Assembly: GCA_951406725.2 (NCBI GenBank)
Contig: OX597826.1
Span: 2,480,001 to 2,544,000, forward strand
Reading direction: 5' to 3'
Length of the DNA stretch: 64,000 nt
Origin: Octopus vulgaris
Taxonomy: Eukaryota
In this document: piece by piece, positions 41,262 through 54,993 of the stretch
Numbering within the stretch: the first letter of the stretch is position 1
How the letters are laid out: the number at the start of each line of letters is the position of its first letter
Program-made: the position numbers and the translations under genes
Notes under the pieces: generated by a model
What the model was told of the DNA's origin: nothing
Seen by the model: the letters and a program-made list of their open reading frames with translations, nothing else
The model's database searches: none

Positions 41262-41512
41262 AGTATGTACATATATGTATATATGTACATACATATGTAT
41301 ATATATGTGTATATATATACATATATAAACAAAGGCAGACGACACAATTATAGATACATATATACACACACAGAATGATGCATGCGAAGCTTGTGGATAA
41401 GTGAGACATCTGCGTATGTACAATTGTATCTGCGTAAGCACGTAGACATCATATTCTCATATTAGCTTTTATAGATATGTAACGTATATTGTTCAACAGC
41501 TTCATACATATA

Positions 41513-41641
<129 letters not shown>

Positions 41642-42149
41642 TATATATATATTATTCATTGTTCGATAATATACGTAGTATTGCATTCCTGTTTACGGTC
41701 AAATAGCGTAAAGTGTCGCAATGGGAATTACATCTAACTGCAATAAACTCCGATAAAATGTCAAAATTGAACTCAAAACCTACATATGGCATTCATTCAC
41801 CAAACATACCCTTTTGGGGTTGTGTTGTACAGAATTCTTACAAAATATACCAACATAAAGGTAGAATTCGGTTACGCTACAAATTTATTGGTTGTTGGTT
41901 AGTCGGACTGTTCTCTATTCGGCCAACGCAGCTAGCTCTATAATGATGCATAGACCATTCATACATAATAAGCACACTGACATCTATATCTGTATCTATC
42001 TTTCTATCTATCTGTCTGTCTATCTATCTATCTATCTAGCTAGCTACATATCTATCTCTCTATCTATATAGAAGCACACGTATACGCAACACTTACATAT
42101 ATGCATACATACACACTCACACACAGACACACACACACACACACATACG

Positions 42150-42310
42150 ACTAGCTTCTCTCAGTTTCCGTCTACCAAATCCACTCACAAGGCTTTGCTC
42201 AGCCCGAGGCTAAAGCAAAATACACTTTCCCAAGGTGTCACGCAGTGGGCCTCAACCCGGAGCATGTGGTAGGTAAGCAAGCTACTTACTACACAGACAT
42301 TTCCACGCCT
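42150..42310 (-). mobile_element. 5' half of SINE family C
   Basis: Reverse complement of gtaagtagcttgc..cccactgcgtgacaccttggg..ccttgtgagtggatttggtagacggaaactg. Confidence 0.8.
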
Positions 42311-42330
42311 ATTAAAAAGTAGGCTTTCCC

Positions 42331-42400
42331 ATCCGCGTCGGATTCGAACTCACACCACGTTGTTAATGTGACTAAGTGTGTTAACATTACACCAGCGAAT
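42331..42400 (-). pseudogene. tRNA-like (Val-CAC-like) degenerate unit with T5 terminator
   Basis: Acceptor-like attcgc/gcggat, D arm gtgt-aatgtta-acac, loop gt-CAC-at, gttcgaatcc; T stem mismatched; ttttt at 42314-42318. Confidence 0.5.
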
Positions 42401-42582
42401 TAGCCTATATATATGTGTGTGTGTGTGCGTGCATGTGTGTGTGTGTATGTGTGTGTACATGCATATGTATATATATATAAATATATATGTGACTAAATAT
42501 ATACCTATATGTATATACATACATGTATTCATACCTATATGCATATACATATATATACGAGTGTGTGGATGTGCGTGTGTGG

Positions 42583-42640
<58 letters not shown>

Positions 42641-43525
42641 TGAGAGAGTGAGAGAGAGACTGGTTAAATTCATAGACTGACTCATCGCAGATGTGGCACA
42701 ACTTATCACGTAACGGCCATCAAAATGGAAGTGTTCTATAGATGTAATAATCTTGTTTTGTGGTAACACCTCGCATTTTCAGTTCTGATCGATTTAAGGA
42801 ATTATAATTTTGTAGCGATGTGGTCTCACCCCCCCCACCACATATTGTTATCATTCGTCGCTGCAACCGTAACGTTCCTGTTTTGTTGCATTTCAAAAAT
42901 TTAATTGTCCCAGGTGCAATTCTTTTGTTTCTATGATGGTACAGAATAATGTGTAAGGAGTTGACTAATATTCCTAGCAGATAAATCAATCATGTGGTCG
43001 GTTTTTGTTCGATCGATACAAGATGAAAACTTCTAAATGCTGACAAAATGTTCTTTTATTAATTATCGCTCTCTCAAGCCTGATTGATGGGCAGAATCGT
43101 TAGAGCGTTGGATAAAATGCCTTGCAGTATGTGACCATTTTATTCTTCCTAGCTGATAAATTATAGTGTCAGTCAAGTACTGGCATTGATATAATTGACT
43201 GTCAACTCCTTCCAAATTTCTGACCTTGTATCGAAGTTAACTGATGCCCTCTCTTCATCTTTCTCTTTCTCTCTTTTTTCTCTCCCCCCCTCTTTCTCTT
43301 TCAATCTCTTATCCCGAACTTCTTTTTCGTAATTGTATACAATGACGGACTGACCCAAGGAAAGCTAGTTATCTTGAGAATAGTATCGACCATCATTTTC
43401 ATACACTAAATGCACGATATCCTGTTAATGTACCATATATTTCATTACATACAAAATAATATATCTGTTATAGAAATATTAAAATTACTAAGTCTCTCTA
43501 AAGGAGATTATGGCAGCGTTACTGG

Positions 43526-43659
43526 ATATTAATAGTTATCGCCATACTAATATGGCAGTCTATAAAGAAGACTAAAGCTGTCGCTGATTAGCTCCAAGAG
43601 GCCGTCGCTTTAGTCTTATTTATAGACTGCCATATTAGTATGGCGATAACTATTAATAT
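43526..43659. mobile_element. Fold-back element (~55-bp arms) with one-sided tail
   Basis: atattaatagttatcgccatactaatatggcagtctataaa..gactaaagc mirrored by gctttagtc..tttatagactgccatattagtatggcgataactattaatat. Confidence 0.8.
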
Positions 43660-43812
43660 ATATGTTATTTGTTGATATCGTTCCCATATATTATTTTAAC
43701 ATTCCTTTCTGCTATAGGCAGAAGCCCTGAAATTTGGGGAGAGGGGGATAATCAATTTCATTGACCCCCGTGCACAACTGATACTTATTTAGAATGACCC
43801 ACAATTTTACTA

Positions 43813-44119
43813 GTGGAGGCACATGGCCTAGTGGTTAGAGCAGCGGACTCGCGGTCGAGGGATCGCAGGATCGAATCTCAGACCGGCCGATGTGTGTGTT
43901 TATGAGCGAAACACCTAAGCCCACCGAGGCTCCGACAGATGGTAATGGCGAACTTCTGCTGACTCTTTGGCCACAGATTTCTCTCACTCTTTCCTCATGC
44001 ATCTTGCAGCTCACCTGCGACGGACCGGCGTCCTATTCAGGTGGGGTACCTATACGCCAAGGGAACCGGAAACCGGCCCTCTGAGCCAGGCGTGGTTCGA
44101 GAAGGAAGAAACAACAACA
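43813..44119 (+). mobile_element. SINE family A, full length with 12-bp TSD
   Basis: gtggaggcacatggcctagtggttagagc head, (AAC)n tail, TSD acaattttacta. Confidence 0.9.
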
Positions 44120-44477
44120 ACAATTTTACTAAAATCTTCACAGTCCTGTCTTTAGAAAGAAGAAATAACACCATTACTCATAAACTAATTAAAGGGATAA
44201 AGCTTTTCTGATTAAGTCCATCACATAATTAGTGAACAAATTTTTTTTAAATGAGAAATCATAGTTCATATTTGTAACTCGTAAAATGTGTTTCTATAGT
44301 TACGGTGTTCGAATATATCAAAAGAACCACAGACATAACACATTCAAGAAACAGCAAAACATGTGGCAATTATAATAAAACAAAAGGAGATTGTGGATGT
44401 TATCACTGTCCAAATCACACAGAGTTAAAAAAAAATATTGTCATCATAATCACATAAAATTCAGAATACTGAGTGGA

Positions 44478-44845
44478 TGCGTGTTAAGTAGCTTCATTAC
44501 GAACCACGTGGTTCCGGTTTGAGTCCCACTGCGCGGCACCTTGGGCAAGTGTCTTCTACTATAGCCTGGAGCCGACCAAATCCTTGTAAGTGGATTTAGT
44601 TGACGGAAACTGAAAGAAGCCTGTCGTATATATGCATATATATATATATGTGTGTGTGTATTTGTCCACCCCCCCCAACATCGCTTGACAACCGATGCTG
44701 GTGTGTTTACGTTTACTTAGTGGTTCGGCAAAGAGGCCGATAGAATAAGAACTAGGCTTACAAAGAATAAGTCCTGGGGTAGATTTGGCGGGACTCCAGT
44801 ATGGCCACAGTCAAATGACTGAAACACTTAAAATCGTAAAAGAAT
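44478..44845 (+). mobile_element. SINE family C (CORE-like; resembles octopus OR-type SINEs)
   Basis: gtcccactgcgcggcaccttgggcaagtgtcttct core, internal TA/TG repeat, tail ccacagtcaaatgactgaaac. Confidence 0.85.
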
Positions 44846-45092
44846 ACTTTTCAGAGTCAGCGATTTGTGCTATACTAGTGTATTTAATTCTATTTAATAA
44901 TAATAGTGTATATAATTTAGTAGTGTATTAAGTTCAGAGTCACAGATTTGTGCTATACCAGTGTATTCAAAATAAATAGTAGAAGTGAAATGAATATCGA
45001 TACAGTACGTCAGTAACTGAATCGAAGACTTGTATCATCGAATACCTGTCTGCACAATGCTGCATTAGATGAATCAATGAGTGATTAAAATA

Positions 45093-45663
45093 TTGGGATG
45101 TCAGGAAAGTTCGTGCCGATTTATAGTAGCTTAGCTTTCGACTTATTTTAGAACATGCTTGAGTCTATAAAATAGGATTTGACTACACCTCTATTTAAAG
45201 CAGAGTTTAAGCTGTCTTTTCGCGGAAGAAGGTTTATGTTCCTATAACTTGTGTTAATTCTGTAACCCTCCTTTAAAATGGAAGATGAGAAAATTCCTTT
45301 TCGGCATTTGATGCTTTGGGAACCAGACAAAAATTGCTGCAGCTCGTCTGGGATGTGTTACCCCACTCTCCATATTCACCAGATATTACTCCTTCAGATT
45401 TCCACTTATTGAGGTCTCTGCAGAATAGTCTTAATGGTAAACATTTCAATTCCTTGGATGACGTAAAAAGATACCTTGATGAATTCTTTACCATGAAACC
45501 ACCTCAATTCTGGGAAGAGGGTATTTTCAAGTTAGAGAGGAAAGATGGAGACACATTGTGCAACAAAATGGTTCATATTTGGTTAATTAAAAATGTAATG
45601 ACAAGTATTTATTGACCTTTTTCTTTCATTTAAAAATCAGCACGGACTTTCCAGACAACCCAA
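45093..45663 (+). mobile_element. Internally deleted mariner derivative (~570 bp)
   Basis: TIRs ttgggatgtcaggaaagttcgtgccgattt / aaatcagcacggactttccagacaacccaa; MEDEKIPFRHLML joined to TRQKLLQLVWDVLPHSPYSPDITPSDFHL. Confidence 0.9.
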
Positions 45664-46560
45664 CATTTTTGCAGAAATATATATGAACTTCTACAACTTT
45701 CGATCTAACACAATCTATTTACAAAAACGATTCAAAGACAAAGTTTATACGGCTCCCCACATATTTTACAAACTTTTTTCAATAGAAAGAGACTTCATAT
45801 CGCCCCGGAGTAAGATAAATGTATCATCTGGTGAAATAAGTTACCATACATAACTGTATATTATATTTACCATGTGGAAAGCGAAATAATTTTGCATTAA
45901 AAAAAATAGTTTTAAGCATAAAACGTTGAGGATGATCACAAAGTAAATACCTTATATGATAGGTTTACATAATGTGGGAAACCCTGAGTGTAAACAAAGT
46001 GAAAATAGAGTACACCTTCAAGAAACGAAGAGAGATGGGCAGATAGAGGAAGAAATATATTAAAGAGCGAGTGTCATATTGATTTAGAACGTATGTCTAC
46101 CTAAGTAACTCGAAATTGATTTCCTACATGGCTAAAAAGAGATATATTTAGAATATATATCCGCAGGTACGGAATGATGGTTTTCCAGAAATTGAATTTC
46201 AATAAAAAAAAATGTATGATGAGAGTTGACACACACCAAGACGTTTAATATTAAATTGCTTCTATTTTAGAAGAGATATTACGCAAGTCATCACATTGAA
46301 ACGCAAGCCATCCTAGAATGTCAGGAATTACGTAAAAATGCATTCTACATTATATATTCGATTACTTATGGTATGTGAGAACAAAAATGAAATTATGTAA
46401 TTACCATGCGTTCCTTAACATTTTTATCAATATACATAAAATAATTTGTCTTAGGGCAGTAACGTACATCTCAATTTAGGGAATTTATTTTTGGATTTAG
46501 TAAAGCCAAAATGAAAACATACTTGATGCTGACTGAATAAAAATGCTGTTACTGTGTACG

Positions 46561-46722
46561 TTATTATCATTATTATTGTTATTATTATTATTATTATTGT
46601 TGTTGTTGTTGCTGTTCTTGTTGTTTTGATCATTATTATTAATATTATTATCATCATCATCATCATCATCATTATTATCATCATCATCATCATTATCATC
46701 ATCATCATCATCATCGTCCTCG

Positions 46723-46765
<43 letters not shown>

Positions 46766-46793
46766 TATTATTATTATTATTATTATTATCATT
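46561..46793. repeat. Compound (ATT/GTT/ATC)n microsatellite
   Basis: Direct reading. Confidence 0.95.
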
Positions 46794-48151
46794 ATATACA
46801 ACTTGGACGGAATTAGTTAGACTGCATGATATATGCATTTTTTCAACAAAGCTTCGTTGATACCTTGTCAAAAGCGTTTGCTTAGCACCTGAGGATTTTT
46901 ATGTAAGAAACCCCAGCGACACCTCCTTTTGTCGTGTTCGTCAGCAACACATCAGTTTACCATATTTTAAGCATTTTCAGGAGATCACAAACAGAAAAAA
47001 AATAAGAAAGTTCCCTAACATTATCACATGTCCAAATTTTTCTTTCTTTTTTTTTTCAAATTATATATTCTTCAGTTTAGCTGAAAGAAGCTATTCGAAA
47101 ATAACCTACACCACCACTGTCACAACCACCACCACCACTATCATTATCACACCCACTCAATTACAACCGGCATCACCACCAGCACCACTATCACCCCTCC
47201 CCCTCCTCCTCCTTCTCATCATCATCATCATCATCATTTAAGCTTTGGCCCTTCACTTAGCTGCATTCCCATCTGTCCCATTTTCTGTTTCCGCCACCAT
47301 CAATAGCATACACCTAATATTGAGTATTTTTGGCTGTTTCCATGTATGCGTATATATGTGTAAGTATCTATTATATATGTGTATGTCTCTATACGCATAA
47401 TTATATGTATTTATATACGCATGTCATGCTTGCCAGTATTAATCTACTACGCCTATTTTCACAAATTTTATTATTTACCAGCGTCAGCATCCACCATGAT
47501 ATATCGTCGCCAGCAATTGACAGTTATTTCATCGACTCCAGTAGGATGAAAAGCAAAGCTGACCTCTTCAGGATTTGAGCTCAACAAGTAGAGAGTCGGA
47601 GAAAATGCGGCGAAGCAGTTTTAGTAAAATCCACTACATATAACCATATGCACATATAAAATACATGTCCATCATGTATCTCTCTCTTTCTCTCTGTATA
47701 TATAAAAATATACATACATACATATATAACTATATATATATAATATGTGATTTTATACAGGTATTAAAGAAACAGAGACAAGAAGTCAAGTTTGTTTCAT
47801 GCTGGGACGTTCCAGTATACGCTTGGCTTTACACTGACAACCGGTTCTTTCCTTAGATTCTAGTTTTCTGCTGCCTTATATAAAATCGGCATAAAAATAG
47901 CAAACTTTAATTCTTTGCAAATACAACAGGCTTGTCATTTACAATTTGTTTTTCCAAAACACCCAGTGGAATTACACAGTAAATGTTATCGCTTCACTGA
48001 GTTCGTAAGTTTTATTTTTAGAAAGGAAGTACCGGGGTAAATAACGATGGATGCATTCATCCGTGCACATATTTTATAGCATAATATCAGAGAAAGAGAG
48101 CATTGTAGATATACAATGCTTTGACAAAGTCTGTCTTCCGATCTGAAGATA

Positions 48152-48193
<42 letters not shown>

Positions 48194-48198
48194 ATATA

Positions 48199-48279
<81 letters not shown>

Positions 48280-48280
48280 G

Positions 48281-48323
<43 letters not shown>

Positions 48324-48374
48324 CGTATATATACGTATATGTATATATATATACGTATATATACGTATATATAC

Positions 48375-48411
<37 letters not shown>

Positions 48412-48414
<3 letters not shown>

Positions 48415-48604
48415 CCTCGTGTTTACCGTTGTCGATTTTTTCCTCTGTCTTCCCTTCTCTGGATCTTTCCTTCTCCTATGTTTCCGACGAAGAGCTCCGC
48501 TCGAAACGTTAAACACTCCGCCTTTCCTGAGCGTCCAATAATACTATATTTGTTCTACGTCCTCGCGTTGTTGTGTTTTTTTTGTGCTTTCTTGTTTGGA
48601 TTAG

Positions 48605-48606
<2 letters not shown>
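48412..48606 (+). mobile_element. ~200-bp hammerhead-bearing element in (TA)n (HHR 48480-48514, U4C)
   Basis: gttt CCGACGA a gagc-tcc-gctc GAAA cg TT aaac; TA runs on both sides. Confidence 0.82.
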
Positions 48607-48642
<36 letters not shown>

Positions 48643-48646
<4 letters not shown>

Positions 48647-49000
48647 TCTTTTATGGAGAGTTAGCTAAAGGGGAACGACTTCCACATAAACCAAAAAAGA
48701 GGTATAAGGACTTGCTGAAGGCTTCCATAAGAGATGCTTGCATCTCTCCTGACACATGGGAAGGCATAGCTATTGATCGTAGCAGATAGAGAAGGATTGT
48801 GCATGATGGGACAGACACGTTTGAGAAATCTCGAGTTGCACATGAGAAAGTAAGGAGGGATGTCAGGAAGGGCATCGCTGTTACACTTCCAGAAGAGAAG
48901 GGTCTTCCTTTGATTCTGACATGCAATGTCTGTGCAAGACCCTGCCTCAGTAAAGCTCGACTCATGAGTCATCTTTGTAGGTATAAAACAAGACAGATGA
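48643..49000 (+). mobile_element. RTE-clade LINE C-terminal fragment
   Basis: ILFYGELAKGER..KPKKRYKDLLKAS..ISPDTWEGIAIDRSR*R..FEKSR..TCNVCARPCLSKARLMSH. Confidence 0.85.
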
Positions 49001-49342
49001 GCGACAACCTGGCCACTGGTAGTGGTGTAACACACCATACTAATCATATGTCGGGCATGTGGAAGAGAGTGTAATTCGGCAGGAGGACTTAAACGACATG
49101 CAAAGGTACATGAAGCCCAGTTACTACTACAGGCGACTATTACCAGTAAATGTTTTAGTTGCCAATTTTGTGCAAGACATTGTAAATCTTTAGCTGGGCT
49201 AAAAAGTCACATTCGATCACAGCACCAGTAACAGTTAAGCTTCGTGCAATGGGCATACTCGATAACGAGGGGGCAGCCATACATAGATAAGCATATACGT
49301 ATATATATAGATATACATATACGTATATATATATATATATAC

Positions 49343-49376
<34 letters not shown>

Positions 49377-49484
49377 ATATATATATATGTATATACATAT
49401 GTATACATATATACATATATATATATACCCATATATATATATATATACATATATATACATATATATACCTATATATATACATAC

Positions 49485-49515
<31 letters not shown>

Positions 49516-49574
49516 CATATATATACATATATATATACATATATATATATGCATATATATACATATATATATAC

Positions 49575-49625
<51 letters not shown>

Positions 49626-49849
49626 CACATACACGCACATACACACACAAACATGCGCACACACACACAATACAACACACATACACACATATATACGTAT
49701 ATCCGTGTTTTTATGTTTGTATATGTGTTTTATGTGCTCGCGTTTAATTTCTAATGAAGGGAAATTATTTCCGTGAACACAGTCGTTGCAGATAATGTAA
49801 GAAAATAAGAAACCAACACGTGCATCCCAGCAGTCACTGCCAGAGAAGG

Positions 49850-49990
<141 letters not shown>

Positions 49991-50545
49991 GAGTGAGAGA
50001 GCAGTGCATGCCATCAAAGTGATATTGGGGTAAAATATATGCAGCCCAGTATACCCATCATGACTACCCGTGTGATAAGGGTATACTAGACACATGCATC
50101 ACAACCATATGTGCGCGACATGGTGATCTCATATCAAGATAAACAGCGCATGACCTTGCCGGTTGGGCCCGGTTAGAATTTTCTTCTGGTGGAGTAACCC
50201 ATCCCCATCAAAAGGTCCCTGAATAAGGGTTGTTTAAGGATGTTGAATAAAACACCCATGTTTCCAGAGGTGAATTATTCAAACCCCAAAGAATCCCTCT
50301 CAACACATGGCTATGATACTCCCCCACTACTTCTTCTCGTGATCAGAGATGCACATATCGTCAGCCACCAAGGGACATGGTCAACTGGTTAAGGTCAAAC
50401 AACTGACAAACAAATCTGTGGTATTGAGCAGAATATTTGCTGTAGTCCATCTTTTTAAACCAAGACAAAACAATGTACATGATAACATTTCCAATCAGTT
50501 AAGATCAGAAGCCATGAGAGCCACTGCCTCGTAATGCATCAGGGC
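49991..50545. mobile_element. ~550-bp complex unit lodged in a (TTA)n tract; probable TE UTR or non-autonomous element
   Basis: Sharp boundaries with (TTA)n at 49849-49990 and 50546 onward; no recognisable coding motif. Confidence 0.5.
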
Positions 50546-50706
50546 TATTATTATTATTATTATTATTATTATCATCGTCATCACCATCGTCGTCGTCATC
50601 ATAATCATCATCGTCGTCGTCGTTGTCACCGCCGTCGTCGTCGTCATTGTCGTCGTCATATCATTGTATCATACACCCACACTCACATATATTATTATAT
50701 TATATT

Positions 50707-51075
50707 AGGCGCAGGAGTGGCTGTGTGGTAAGTAGCTTGCTTATCAGCCCCATGTTTCCAGGTTCATTCCCCCTGCGTGGCACCTTGGGCAAGAGTCTTC
50801 TACTATAGCCTCAGGTCAACCGAAGCCTTGTGAGTAGATTTAGTAGACGGAAACTTAAAGAAGTCCGTCGTATATATGTATATATGTATGTGCGTGTGTG
50901 TGTATGCGATGCTGGTATGCTTACGTCCCCGTAACTTAGGAGTTCGACAAAAGCGGCCGATATTATAAGTACTAAGCTTACCAAGAATAAGTCCTGGAGT
51001 CGATTTGCTCGACTAAAGTCGGAGTTACGGCATGGCTGCTGTCAAATGAGTGAAACGAGTAAAAGAGAAAAGAGA
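50707..51075 (+). mobile_element. SINE family C, full length
   Basis: ggcgcaggagtggctgtgtggtaag head, caccttgggcaag core, (AAAAGAG)n tail. Confidence 0.87.
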
Positions 51076-51646
51076 AAAAAAAAGAGATATGAATAATAAA
51101 TATTCCCGATATAACTTAATGACCTCTGATGGAACAAAACAACAATGAAAAGAAATGAAAACTTTGTAGCAATCGATCTAAGATAAATTGGAATCTAAAT
51201 AATTGTTTAAAGTAAAATTATTATTATATTATAATTCAATATAAACACTTTCCTCTCTCTTTGTTCTATCTACTTTCACTTTCGTTTTCCGAAACGATTT
51301 TTATGCTATCCTTTCTATTCACAATACATTCTGTCGTATACTTTTCTGCGGTTGTTCTGTGTCCTTTGTGCTTTTCTTATGATGTTTCAGCTGGTGTCTG
51401 CACGCATGTCTTTACATGTTCTCTACACACCGTCAGTAGTTTCCTTTTTGTCGTATCATCTTTTCATTTTTTTCTTACTTCATAACACTCTTGTTATTCA
51501 TATCACTGTTTCTCTTTCGGGTCGTCCATGCATAATCGAATATTTATAAATTCTGGCACTGTTAGTTTGAACGGATCTTCTGAGGTGAAAAGTCGCCAAA
51601 AGGGTATGCTCCTACTTTCAGTGTTTCCAAATCCGAATTAAGAAAT

Positions 51647-51708
51647 TTTGGGCTGACGAAAGAAATGTCGAATTGTATTTGGCTGATCTAGAAACGTACG
51701 TTCTCAAA
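51647..51708 (+). ncRNA. Type-I hammerhead with canonical core inside a probable solo pLTR (~51200-51995)
   Basis: tttggg CTGACGA aaga..gtcgaa-ttgta-tttggc..tcta GAAA cgtacg TT ctcaaa; 6-bp stem I, palindromic ACGTACGT. Confidence 0.78.
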
Positions 51709-52088
51709 TAATCTTTGCACTTGTGATTTTTTAATGTTTTTACCCCCATACCTTCGTGGGTTATTTTGAGTAACACTATCTGAGAGAAATTTTCTTTAAG
51801 TATTAGAAATGGCTAAAAAATCTATTTTTGGCTGCTATTTCTAATGAGTTCAGTATGTGGCAAAGTAATTTATTTTACTAAGTCCTTTTATACAATGTAA
51901 TATTTTGAATTCGCCTTAAATGGTCCCTTTACATACTGAATACTTGGTGAAATTGATTAATAACTAATTAATTTTACCCTCAATTGTTGAAATTATATAT
52001 ATATATATATGTATGTATGTATATGTACATATATATCTATCTATCTATATATATATATATATATCTATATATATATATGTATATGTAC

Positions 52089-52140
<52 letters not shown>

Positions 52141-52142
<2 letters not shown>

Positions 52143-52620
52143 CCAATTCACATTCATGAGATGCCCAGGCATCATTCACCTGAGTGGCCATCTAGATAAT
52201 GGCCACAGGTTTTTTTTACAAAACAAAAAGCCTTGCAACAAGAACTTTCTCCGCGAAAGAAACTATCTCTACTGCCGTTTTTAAATTGTATCAAGTAGAT
52301 GATGATGTCAAAAAAACTCCTTTACTCACAATTACCTGGAGAAATAACATGTGGCATATGAGGACCTGTAGGTGTGAATCACTTGCAAGAGTTTACAGGG
52401 ACCCCACAAGCCAAGCAGAACATTACTACTTACGGCTCCTTTCGCATGACGTACGCGGTCCCAAATGATTGCAAGATTCGAGGAGAGTAAATGCTCGCGT
52501 GTATTAACTTATAGGGAAGCATGCTAGCAATATGTATTTTTTAGAAAATTATGAGCATTGTTACTTTGAAACATCGTGAGGACATGGCTGAAGACTTAAA
52601 TTATGCAGTTCAACATGCAA
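52141..52620 (+). mobile_element. Helitron Rep-helicase gene fragment, decayed
   Basis: [59 protein letters not shown], typical of the region between Rep and Pif1 domains. Confidence 0.8.
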
Positions 52621-52669
52621 AGCCAGATATCAATATTTAGTTCTCTGAAACAATTTTTGTTTATTATTA

Positions 52670-52671
52670 AA

Positions 52672-52706
<35 letters not shown>

Positions 52707-52708
52707 CA

Positions 52709-52748
<40 letters not shown>

Positions 52749-53004
52749 CATTATTATTATTATTATTATCATCATTATTATCATTATTATTATTATCATT
52801 ATTATTATTATTATTATTATTTTTATTATTTTCATTATTATTATTATCATTATTATTATTATTATTATTATTATCATTATTATCATTATTATAATTATCA
52901 TTATTATCATTATTATTATTATCATTATTATTATTATTATTATTATTATTTTTATAATTTTCATTATTATTATTATCATTATCATTATTATTTATTATTA
53001 TTTA

Positions 53005-53040
<36 letters not shown>

Positions 53041-53058
53041 CATTATTATTATTATTAT
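52670..53058. repeat. Long (ATT/ATC)n microsatellite
   Basis: Direct reading. Confidence 0.97.
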
Positions 53059-53190
53059 TCAGTAGTCTTATTTTTATCACGTGCTTTCACTTCATTATCG
53101 AGCGCAGCTTTGTGTGCCTTGGGTATGTGCTGTAGGTTGTTCTACTGCTTTTACAGTTACTGTATTGAAAATGTTTTACGTATTTGTCTG
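53059..53190 (-). mobile_element. Extreme 3' end of an R4/Dong-like LINE with (AAT)n tail
   Basis: Minus strand ..IRKTFSIQ* then a short UTR abutting (AAT)n. Confidence 0.55.
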
Positions 53191-53440
53191 AATATTTCTT
53201 TTAATAGTTAAAGTCCAAAGTTTAATCTATTAGTATCTACTTCTATAACCAAATTTGTCGCCTAATACACATATTTATATATATTCATATATACACGCGT
53301 TCATCTATCCATTTATGTATATATATATACAAACGCACACATACACATGAATATTCACATACATAACTTTATATATATATATTAATACGATTGCCTATAC
53401 CCATGTATATATATTAATGGTAAAACAGTTTATATATTAA

Positions 53441-53683
53441 GAAATACTAAATTTCTAAATCTCTCGTAGAGACATGTACGGTGGTGGGGCGATAGAATGG
53501 TTGTATACTGTCAATCTAACACGAACGTGACAGTAGGGGGGTACACCACCGCTGTATAGCCCTAGGAAGCATCGACGCCTCCTGTGTCAAAGCCATCAGG
53601 AGGCGTCGATGCTTCCTAGGGCTATACAGCGGTGGTGTACCCCCCTACTGTCACGTTCGTGTTAGATTGACAGTATACAACCA
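53441..53683 (-). mobile_element. Perfect 87-bp-arm fold-back element with 57-nt tail and 13-15-bp TSD
   Basis: Arms 53498-53584 and 53597-53683; direct repeat cagtttatatattaa at 53426-53440 and 53682-53696. Confidence 0.88.
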
Positions 53684-54250
53684 GTTTATATATTAATTCA
53701 ATTATATATAAATGAATTTATAATATTAATCCAAATTAGAATTTATTAAAGTTACAGTTTAATGTAAATACAGGGGCGATAACTATTTTCCGTTTATAGA
53801 AACGAAACGAAAAACGAAGCCTACTCGATACGTAAAAACAATTTAAATACTTCCATACACAAAAATTAATGCAATACAAACGAAATGTCCCAGATACGAA
53901 CAAACGAGCCAAAATAACAAATTAAAAATGATAAATACGCTATATCTCCATATATATATCACATTATTCATTCACTCACCTGCATATACACATCGATACA
54001 TATAAACAAAACGAAAACTCAAACAAAATCTATATGTACATAGAAAGATAAATTCTATATATACATCAAAACTAAATTAATACTAATATATACGCAATAT
54101 CGAGCCAAACTATAAATTAAACAGGATATATATATATATATATATATATATGTACCCACATATATATACACATATACACATATATACATACATATAAATA
54201 TACACACACATACACACACACACATATATATATACATATATATATATATA

Positions 54251-54316
<66 letters not shown>

Positions 54317-54335
54317 AGAGAGAGAGAGAGAGAGA

Positions 54336-54993
54336 GAGACCAACACTCGAAAACCAAATACATACATATATTCATATATTCTTCCACTTTTACAAAACGG
54401 ATGTATAAATTCCAGATATAAAGATATGAAAATATATATAAATAGATATAGGTCGGAGTTATACACAAAGCATAGTGAATTTTTATCTTAAAAGTTATAA
54501 AATATTGGTATAATTAAGCATTTGGGATGATGAAACATTAAAAGGACCTATTAAAAACCTCCAAAAATTAACAGAAAAAGTTTAAAATTTAGCGTTCCAT
54601 CTACAGGCCGTTTCAGAGACGTGCCAAGTAATATGATATACTTCATATTATCAAAGCTGACACTTCCCTCATCAGGATATATTTTGCACACACTATACAA
54701 AAGCAAATCCAAAAATACTAATATACAATTACACACAGTCCATTTGTAATCCCTTCATTTTTGTGATATTCTACGACTGATTGTAATACGTCCTTTTATG
54801 TTTCATCATCTCAAAGTTTTAATTATACCAATATTTTATAACTTTTAAAATGTAAAGTTCCCTGTGTTTTGTATATTTCACCGACTTATATCTATTTATA
54901 AATATTTTGATATCTTTATATCTGGAATATGTTTTGAAAATGTGGAAGAATGTATGAATATATGTATTGATTTGGTCTTCGACTGTTGATCTC
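54336..54993 (-). mobile_element. ORF-less PLE-like element: ~210-bp diverged inverted arms around a hammerhead
   Basis: Arms 54336-54553 and 54784-54993; HHR in the spacer. Confidence 0.75.
54598..54679 (-). ncRNA. Type-I hammerhead, canonical core, long stem II, GUA cleavage triplet
   Basis: tatc CTGATGA gggaagtgtca..tggcacgtctct GAAA c-ggcct-g TA gatg. Confidence 0.78.
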
